64,000 nt of DNA from Pseudomonadota bacterium (lineage in GTDB: Bacteria; Pseudomonadota; Alphaproteobacteria; Paracaedibacterales; CAIOTO01), in the NCBI GenBank assembly GCA_040387495.1, contig JAZKDQ010000001.1:186001-250000 (forward strand), given 5' to 3'. How positions within the stretch are numbered: the stretch's first letter is position 1; every line of letters starts with the position of its first letter. Below are positions 57,661 through 64,000 of this stretch, one piece after another. A model generated the notes under the pieces. The model was given only the letters and a program-made list of their open reading frames with translations. It searched no databases and had not been told where the DNA came from. Both the position numbers and the translations under genes were made by a program.

Positions 57661-58704
57661 CTAAAACGCAAACGATCCAAAATGCTTTAGCCACGCTTCA
57701 TCACCATCATATAATTGGCGAATATCGACAATACCATTTTTGATCATACATAAGCGCTCTAGCCCCATACCAAAGGCAAATCCTTGGTATTCTAAGGGAT
57801 CAGCACCGCAGTTGGTTAGTACGTTAGGATGCACCATGCCACAGCCTAACAGTTCCAGCCAATCGCCACCCTTGCCGATGAGAAGTTTGCCATCTTTTTT
57901 TGTGCAGGCGATGTCTACTTCAGCGGAGGGTTCGGTGAATGGGAAAAAACTTGGACGAAACCGAACAGGAACATCAGCAACGCCAAATAGCGCACTGCAG
58001 AATTCACGAATGAGTCCTTTTAAATGCCCCATGTGAATATCTTTATCGAGGACTAAGCCTTCGATTTGATGGAACATGGGGGTGTGCGTCGCGTCTAAGT
58101 CATCGCTACGATATACACGTCCAACAGAAAGCAAACGAAGTGGTGGTTTTTGCGTTGCAAGTGATCGTATTTGTACGGTTGATGTGTGTGTGCGTAAAAG
58201 GTGTGTTGGATGCCCTTCGATAAAAAAAGTGTCATGATTTTGGCGGGCAGGGTGATGTGCTGGAATATTGAGTGCATCAAAGTTATGCCATTCATCGTCA
58301 ACTTCGGGCCCTTCGGCAAATGTGAATCCACGCTTTTGAAAGAAGTCTGAAATTTCTTCTTTTAGTGCGGTAAGAGGGTGGATGCGACCAAGGGTGCCAG
58401 TTTGTGTGAATGGTGGAGAAGGTAGTGTAATATCAAGGGATTCTGAGCTAAGCTTTTGTTGTATAGCGTGTACTTCAAGAAATTGAAGTTGGTTTTGAAA
58501 TGATTCAGTTAAAGAATCACGTATAGCATTAATCTCAGCACCCTTGGCTTTTTTTTCTTCGATTGATCGAAGCGACGCAAGCCCTTTAAGTGCTTGTGTA
58601 ACTGCCCCACTTTTTCCTAAGAAAGCTGCTTTTAAGGCCTCTAGTTGGGATAAGTCAGTCGTTGCCGTTATTTGATTGAGCCAGATAGGGAGCTGTAATT
58701 GCAC
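57661..58704 (-). CDS. pheS: Phenylalanine--tRNA ligase alpha subunit
   Basis: NFDALNIP.HHPAR..HDTF, LRTHTS, HTPMFHQIEG, RFRPSFFPFTEPSAE, GFAFGMGLER. Confidence 0.98.
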   Translation of the reverse strand: MQLQLPIWLNQITATTDLSQLEALKAAFLGKSGAVTQALKGLASLRSIEEKKAKGAEINAIRDSLTESFQNQLQFLEVHAIQQKLSSESLDITLPSPPFTQTGTLGRIHPLTALKEEISDFFQKRGFTFAEGPEVDDEWHNFDALNIPAHHPARQNHDTFFIEGHPTHLLRTHTSTVQIRSLATQKPPLRLLSVGRVYRSDDLDATHTPMFHQIEGLVLDKDIHMGHLKGLIREFCSALFGVADVPVRFRPSFFPFTEPSAEVDIACTKKDGKLLIGKGGDWLELLGCGMVHPNVLTNCGADPLEYQGFAFGMGLERLCMIKNGIVDIRQLYDGDEAWLKHFGSFAF

Positions 58705-58735
58705 GGTGCGCGTTCCTATATTTAATTTGTGTTAT

Positions 58736-58770
58736 AAAAAAAAGCCCCAACAATCGAATGTACGGGGCTT
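58736..58770 (-). terminator. Terminator after rplT
   Basis: Minus strand AAGCCCC...GGGGCTTTTTTTT. Confidence 0.75.
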
Positions 58771-58807
58771 CCTCTGAGTAGCAATAATGTACCTATTGAA
58801 ATAGGAA

Positions 58808-59167
58808 TTATGCAGCTAAAGCTTTTTTCGCTTTATCAACAAGTGCTTTGAAAGCTTCTGGTTGGTTCATAGCCAAGTCAGCCATAATTTTACGGTCAAC
58901 TTGAATACCAGCTTTGCTTAAACCATTAATGAAAACAGAATAATTCAAGCCCAATTCACGAACACCTGCATTGATACGTTGAATCCACAAACCGCGGAAA
59001 TCACGTTTCTTATTACGACGGTCGCGGTAAGCATATTGTAATGCTTTCTCAACACGTTGTAATGCAATACGGAAACAGTTCTTTGAACGGCCGCGATAGC
59101 CTTTTGCCATCTTGATAATTTTTTTGTGACGAGCGTGTGACGTGACGCCTCTTTTTACGCGTGACAT
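58808..59167 (-). CDS. rplT: 50S ribosomal protein L20
   Basis: [37 protein letters not shown]. Confidence 0.98.
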   Translation of the reverse strand: MSRVKRGVTSHARHKKIIKMAKGYRGRSKNCFRIALQRVEKALQYAYRDRRNKKRDFRGLWIQRINAGVRELGLNYSVFINGLSKAGIQVDRKIMADLAMNQPEAFKALVDKAKKALAA

Positions 59168-59180
59168 AGATTAGGTCTCC

Positions 59181-59378
59181 TTATACGTGTAAAAAGTAGG
59201 TTTTGACTTTTTTTGCATCACTAGGATGCATAATAGTCGTACCACGTGCATTACGAATCATTTTATTGCTACGCTTGCGCATACCATGACGTTTACCGGC
59301 TTGGCCCATTTTGACTTGGCCAGAACCTGTTAAGCGAAAACGCTTTTTAGCGCTGCTTTTGGTTTTCATTTTGGGCAT
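59181..59378 (-). CDS. rpmI: 50S ribosomal protein L35
   Basis: [25 protein letters not shown]. Confidence 0.98.
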   Translation of the reverse strand: MPKMKTKSSAKKRFRLTGSGQVKMGQAGKRHGMRKRSNKMIRNARGTTIMHPSDAKKVKTYFLHV

Positions 59379-59499
59379 TTTGTTCCTCTTAAGTTAGATT
59401 TAAAACATTTCGTAGATTAGGCATGCCCAGGCTTTTGATATCATTGGCTTTTAAAACCATTGATCCACCCTTGCCACGCTACGATTTCAAAGTAAGGAA

Positions 59500-59528
59500 A
59501 GTATAAAATTGTTTGCGGTGGAAGTCAA
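59500..59528 (-). promoter_or_regulatory. Sigma70 promoter of rpmI-rplT
   Basis: TTGACT-17 nt-TATACT on the minus strand. Confidence 0.7.
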
Positions 59529-59556
59529 GGTGTTGTTACGACTTCGAACGCCGATC

Positions 59557-60828
59557 TTAGGCCTCAGCGGCAACTTTATAACGCTCAATCTTAGCGCCAC
59601 ACTGGGTCAGCTTTTGCTCTAGCTTTTCATAACCACGATCAAGATGATAAACGCGATTGAGTATTGTATCTCCTTTTGCAGCTAACCCTGCTAACACCAG
59701 TGAAACGGATGCGCGTAAATCAGTTGCCATGACTTCCGCGCCACTTAAGTATGGTACGCCGCGAACCAATGCGGATGAACCATGGACGGTGATATTTGCA
59801 CCCATACGGCACAGCTCAGGCACATGCATAAAGCGATTTTCAAAAATAGTCTCAGTGATCATTGATGCACCATTTGATAGTGTCATCAGCGCCATCATCT
59901 GTGCCTGAATATCTGTTGCGAACCCTGGATATGGTTCAGTCATCACGTCAACGCCTTGGATAGGGCCAGAGCCTGCTTTTATCGTAAAGCCATCAGTTGT
60001 AGGCGTAATAAGGGCGCCGGCACATGTGAGTGCTTCGCTTACTGTTGGAATGAGGGCTAAATCTGTATTCGTAAGTGTTAGCTCGCCTTGGGTGATAATG
60101 GCTGCAATGGCATACGTTGCGGTTTCAATACGGTCTGCAATAACACTATAAGAAGTACCTTTTAGTTTCCCTACACCTTGAATTGTAATGCGGTCAGTTC
60201 CTGCACCTTCAATTAAGGCGCCCATGTTTTTTAAACAATTAGCAAGGTCAAGAATTTCAGGTTCACGTGCGGCATTAATAAGGACGGTTTCACCTTTGGC
60301 AAGCGTTGCTGCCATCATTAAATTCTCTGTTGCTGTAACAGAAATCACTGGCATGCTAATTGTTGCGCCGACCAAGCCATCAGGAGCCGATGCATTGATG
60401 TACCCTTCTGATAATTCAATCTGTGCACCTAGTTTTTGTAGGCCATGAATATGAATATCAACAGGACGAGTGCCAATGGCGCAGCCACCAGGTAATGATA
60501 CGCGAGCTTTACCAAAACGTGCAACAAGTGGGCCTAAAACAAGGATTGATGCACGCATTTTACGTACTATGTCATAAGGTGCAGTTGTGCTTGTTATGTT
60601 TGATGCATTGATTTTAACTTCATTATTTTCTGATGAGATGACGCATCCGTGTTGCGATAATAATTCAATCATTAAACGGATATCGGCAAGATCAGGAACA
60701 TTACATAAATGAAATGGCTCTTCTGTTAGTAAACCAGCAGTCAATAGCGGCAGTGCAGCATTTTTTGCACCACTAATATTTATTGAGCCATTTAAGGTGG
60801 CGCCGCCTCGGATAAGAATGCGATCCAT
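59557..60828 (-). CDS. murA: UDP-N-acetylglucosamine 1-carboxyvinyltransferase
   Basis: [56 protein letters not shown]. Confidence 0.98.
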   Translation of the reverse strand: MDRILIRGGATLNGSINISGAKNAALPLLTAGLLTEEPFHLCNVPDLADIRLMIELLSQHGCVISSENNEVKINASNITSTTAPYDIVRKMRASILVLGPLVARFGKARVSLPGGCAIGTRPVDIHIHGLQKLGAQIELSEGYINASAPDGLVGATISMPVISVTATENLMMAATLAKGETVLINAAREPEILDLANCLKNMGALIEGAGTDRITIQGVGKLKGTSYSVIADRIETATYAIAAIITQGELTLTNTDLALIPTVSEALTCAGALITPTTDGFTIKAGSGPIQGVDVMTEPYPGFATDIQAQMMALMTLSNGASMITETIFENRFMHVPELCRMGANITVHGSSALVRGVPYLSGAEVMATDLRASVSLVLAGLAAKGDTILNRVYHLDRGYEKLEQKLTQCGAKIERYKVAAEA

Positions 60829-60877
60829 TTTTTTCTTTCTTATGGGTTATTTGCAATTATAACTTACATTCTCATTT

Positions 60878-60979
60878 GTCATTCCCGCGTAGGCGTGAAT
60901 CCAGTTAATCTGAGGTTATGATAGTATGCGTCGTTGCGTTAGTTGGATTGTTCTAGGTTCCCGCCTTAGCGGGAATAAC
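60878..60979. repeat. REP/RPE-like palindromic element, family B
   Basis: GTCATTCCCGCGTAGGCGTGAATCCA...AGGTTCCCGCCTTAGCGGGAATAAC. Confidence 0.75.
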
Positions 60980-60993
60980 TTTAAAAGATCTAA

Positions 60994-61545
60994 TTAAAGG
61001 CGTGGTAATGTTACGCCCTTTTGTCCCATATATTTTCCACTACGATCCTTATATGATACTTCGCATTCGCGGTCTGCTTTGAAAAATAAGAACTGACAAA
61101 CACCTTCGTTTGCATAGATTTTTGCGGGCAGGGGAGTTGTGTTTGAAAACTCCAGTGTCACATGGCCTTCCCATTCAGGTTCAAGCGGCGTTACGTTTAC
61201 AATGATGCCACACCGTGCATAGGTGGATTTACCAAGACAAATAACAAGCACGTCACGTGGTATGCGAAAATATTCAATGGTTCGGCCAAGTGCAAAGCTA
61301 TTCGGTGGAATAATACATACGTCAGTGTTGCGCTCGACAAAACTATCTTCTGCAAAGTTCTTTGGGTCAACAACAGCGCTGTTTACGTTCGTGAAAATCT
61401 TGAATTCAGGTGCCACACGTGCATCAAAGCCATACGATGATACACCGTACGAAATAATGCCATCACGCTTTTGACATTCAGTAAAAGGTTCAATCATGCC
61501 TTTTGCGGCTTGTTCACGGATCCAACGATCAGACTGTATTGTCAA
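60994..61545 (-). CDS. dcd: dCTP deaminase
   Basis: [52 protein letters not shown] start. Confidence 0.96.
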   Translation of the reverse strand: MTIQSDRWIREQAAKGMIEPFTECQKRDGIISYGVSSYGFDARVAPEFKIFTNVNSAVVDPKNFAEDSFVERNTDVCIIPPNSFALGRTIEYFRIPRDVLVICLGKSTYARCGIIVNVTPLEPEWEGHVTLEFSNTTPLPAKIYANEGVCQFLFFKADRECEVSYKDRSGKYMGQKGVTLPRL

Positions 61546-61868
61546 TGCAGGTTGCTTTCATAAAAAGTTTATTTTTTATTGATACCATGATTTGTTGTTA
61601 ATCAGCAAGATTTCCGAGAAAGTGGACACAAACAATTATAACTGAATTGAAATAGTTCAACTTTACACTTGATGTTAGGGACCTCGTTTTTGATTCAATG
61701 TTTAGCACTACCTTTTTGCGATTTATTGATAGCCTCTCTCGACGACACTGTGATTTTAGAAAAAGGCTAAAATGCATTCTAAACACGGGAAAAATGACTC
61801 CAGTTGCATGTTTCTTTGTACAAGAGACCGTTATATGGTGATCTAGTAGCTCATGTATAAAAGTTCGC

Positions 61869-62129
61869 ATGAAGATTCTATTGGCTTATAAAAAAGAAAT
61901 AAAAAAAGACGCTCAGCCATTAGAGATATTTAACGTAGTAATTAATGGGATCAAGCATCAACTTTTTGTAACACGATCCATGATGGCGCGTGTGGATGAG
62001 TTGGCAGTAAAAATTGTGGAGTGTGATAATCGGTCTGTGCCGTCATCACTCGTATCAGGTTGCTGTTATCCGCAAGGTATTATGCAGCAACGGGTGTATT
62101 TACGTTTAGTTTCTGTTGTACAAAAATAA
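61869..62129 (+). CDS. Hypothetical protein (86 aa)
   Basis: ATG-started ORF in otherwise unassigned DNA; no recognisable motif. Confidence 0.35.
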   Translation: MKILLAYKKEIKKDAQPLEIFNVVINGIKHQLFVTRSMMARVDELAVKIVECDNRSVPSSLVSGCCYPQGIMQQRVYLRLVSVVQK

Positions 62130-62197
62130 TAAAAAACAACAAAATAATTGGAGTATGTTGAATGTCACATAACCTGCACGAAGATAAGTGCTTCACT

Positions 62198-62356
62198 ATG
62201 GCAAGAAGTAGAAGAAAAAAAAGAAAGCAATATAGAGAGTATACGATTTCAGATGATTTTTTAACTCATACGAAGAAACATTATCTGATGGAAAAACTTG
62301 CGGTGATCTTAGGTGTACTTATAACTTATCTTGGTTGGTATTTTGTGTATTGCTAA
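62198..62356 (+). CDS. Possible small membrane protein
   Basis: MARSRRKKRK basic N-terminus plus a C-terminal hydrophobic helix (LAVILGVLITYLGWYFVYC). Confidence 0.35.
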   Translation: MARSRRKKRKQYREYTISDDFLTHTKKHYLMEKLAVILGVLITYLGWYFVYC

Positions 62357-62431
62357 ATATGCGCGTGTTGAAAATATTTAGTAGTGAATTTATTTAATAA
62401 GCTTGAAAATATTCTTTCATTTTCCACATCT

Positions 62432-62750
62432 TTAATTTCCGTGTCTTCCTTTTGAGCAAATACGTGGCAACATACGTGCAAGGACATCATCATTAAGTAA
62501 AAGGCGATGATATAATGCGCCCAGAAAATGAAGACCAATAAGTATGGCAAGCGGAATGCCAACATAAACATGAACCAAATGGAAGATTTTTGAGAGTTCT
62601 TGATGCTTGCTAAAGATAATAGGTAAATCGATTATATTGAATAGTGTAATTGTTCGGCCACTAAGGTCTGACATAAGAAATCCCGAAAAAGCCATAGCTG
62701 CCATAAATACATACAATAAAATAGATGTTAATTTTGCTGTCATGCGAATA
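62432..62750 (-). pseudogene. Cytochrome b561 (CybB/YceJ-like) C-terminal fragment
   Basis: LLYVFMAAMAFSGFLMS, FHLVHVY, GLHFLGALYH...DDVLARMLP; N-terminal half replaced by IS6 sequence. Confidence 0.8.
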
Positions 62751-63244
62751 ATGATCTTGTTCCACAATGTTATTGAGATATTTGACCTGTCTGATCTCTA
62801 TCTGATTTTCTGCATCAAGATCACGATTGCATAAATCTAACGCTGGCTTGTTGCTTCCACTTTTATCAATGCGTATTTTGCTTAGCGTCCCGTCTTGTTT
62901 AAATGCTTTGCTGAACAAAGCTTTGCAGCAATTGCATCACGTTTTGCAGTAATAGAAAGTCAATCGTTTTTGCCTTTTTATCAACAGCGCGGTAGAGATA
63001 GAGGCATTTTTCGTTTAGTCTTATATACGTTTTTTTGCTCCGAGTTGCCTTTCGGGTCGTCCATCCTTCAATTGTTACCAATCGCTTTCTTGATGTTTCT
63101 AAATTTGGATTCAAAAGTAGGCGAATTATTATGCTTATCACCTCAACGATTGTCGTTTACATAGTCAATAATTAATCTTCATTCTTCTTTCAATTATTCA
63201 ACTGATTCACTTTAATAAAAATATTCGAAATCTGCGACCCAGCC
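62750..63244 (-). mobile_element. IS6-family transposase remnant (frameshifted, truncated)
   Basis: TYIRLNEKCLYLYRAVDK..KTIDFLL and IDKSGSNKPAL...IRQVKYLNNIVEQDH in different frames; IS6-like end GGCTGGGTCGCAGA at 63244-63231. Confidence 0.85.
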
Positions 63245-63245
63245 C

Positions 63246-64000
63246 CTGTTCTAAAATGAAGTGCAACACCCTAAGATGGTTAGTGACAAAACTGCCGTCA
63301 TCGAGTGTTGCTTATGGAATATTACACGCATCTTATCAATGATGAAAGAGTGCGCATCAGCATTATGAACCAAGAAGGATTGAGTGTTCGTCAAATAGCG
63401 AGGAAACTGAATCGATCGCCATCTACGATCTCTCGTGAATTGAGACGCAACCAAGCACCGCCCGGGCACTACTGGCCAGATACAGCAGAGCATCTGTCGA
63501 AGGCGAGACGCAGGCGTGGCTGTAAATTGAATCATTTCAAAGCATTATCTTCTTTTGTGATTGAACGACTCACCTGTCATTTGTGGTCGCCTGAACAAAT
63601 AGCGGCTTGTCTTAAATATCGTCAAGAGGAGCTGCCTTATGTGTGTCATGAAACAATCTACGCTTGGATTTACAGTGCTTCTCAGCGGGCTGGGAAGTGG
63701 TACAAATACCTAGCAAGACATAAAAGAAAACGTGGTTTACGCAAAAGCAGAGGTGCGAATGAAAGCCGTATTAAAGAGCGTGTATCGATTCACGAGCGTC
63801 CGAAGCTTATCAATAAAAACAACACCTTTGGGCACTGGGAGGCAGATCTTATGAGTTGTCAAAAGAACAAGCAATTTATGCTTGTTTTACGTGAACGCTT
63901 GACGATGTATGTCAAAAGCGTTCGCTTAAGCAACAAAACTGCGGAAGTCACCAATAGGGCAATCATTGATTTGATGGCAGACTTACCAGCACAAGCGCGG
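63246..64000 (+). mobile_element. IS30-family element (runs off the window)
   Basis: Left end CTGTTCTAAAATGAAGTGCAACACC followed by the transposase ORF. Confidence 0.85.
63314..64000 (+). CDS. IS30-family transposase (partial; absent from the ORF track because it has no stop in the window)
   Basis: Manual translation is open to the window end: YTHLINDER, SVRQIARKLNRSPSTISRELRRN, WSPEQIA, HETIYAWIY, SIHERP, FGHWEADL. Confidence 0.93.
   Translation, partial: MEYYTHLINDERVRISIMNQEGLSVRQIARKLNRSPSTISRELRRNQAPPGHYWPDTAEHLSKARRRRGCKLNHFKALSSFVIERLTCHLWSPEQIAACLKYRQEELPYVCHETIYAWIYSASQRAGKWYKYLARHKRKRGLRKSRGANESRIKERVSIHERPKLINKNNTFGHWEADLMSCQKNKQFMLVLRERLTMYVKSVRLSNKTAEVTNRAIIDLMADLPAQAR

Overview
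Mostly housekeeping chromosome from an AT-rich alphaproteobacterium. The markers are MipZ, DUF1013/TrcR, AddB, alpha-type GshA and an MPP-like M16 peptidase. Stand-alone T6SS genes, an ankyrin protein and a ProP-like MFS transporter suggest a host-associated Holosporales-like symbiont (inference). The window holds about 55 CDS, one tRNA-Met(CAT), several intrinsic terminators and at least three families of intergenic REP/RPE-like palindromes. At the right end is an IS hotspot: a cytochrome b561 fragment fused to an IS6 remnant, abutting an IS30 element that runs off the window. Classical operons are fragmented: tssF-tssG alone, flgB-flgC-fliE alone, addB without addA, pheS without pheT. The most intriguing signal is an MshL-like lipoprotein secretin translationally coupled (TAATG) to a large exported TPR-like protein, in a region that also carries very divergent flgB/flgC/fliE and an orphan FliL-like gene. 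This may be a flagellum-derived or otherwise hybrid secretion apparatus, but it is only a hypothesis. Other oddities are an 80-bp tandemly duplicated promoter module before greA, tandem secreted Cache-like paralogs, a catalytic-domain-less CapD-like protein, exported nicotinamidase-like and carbonic anhydrase enzymes, and an ankyrin protein with N/Q/G-rich 12-aa repeats. All calls come from manual motif recognition; no database searches were run.
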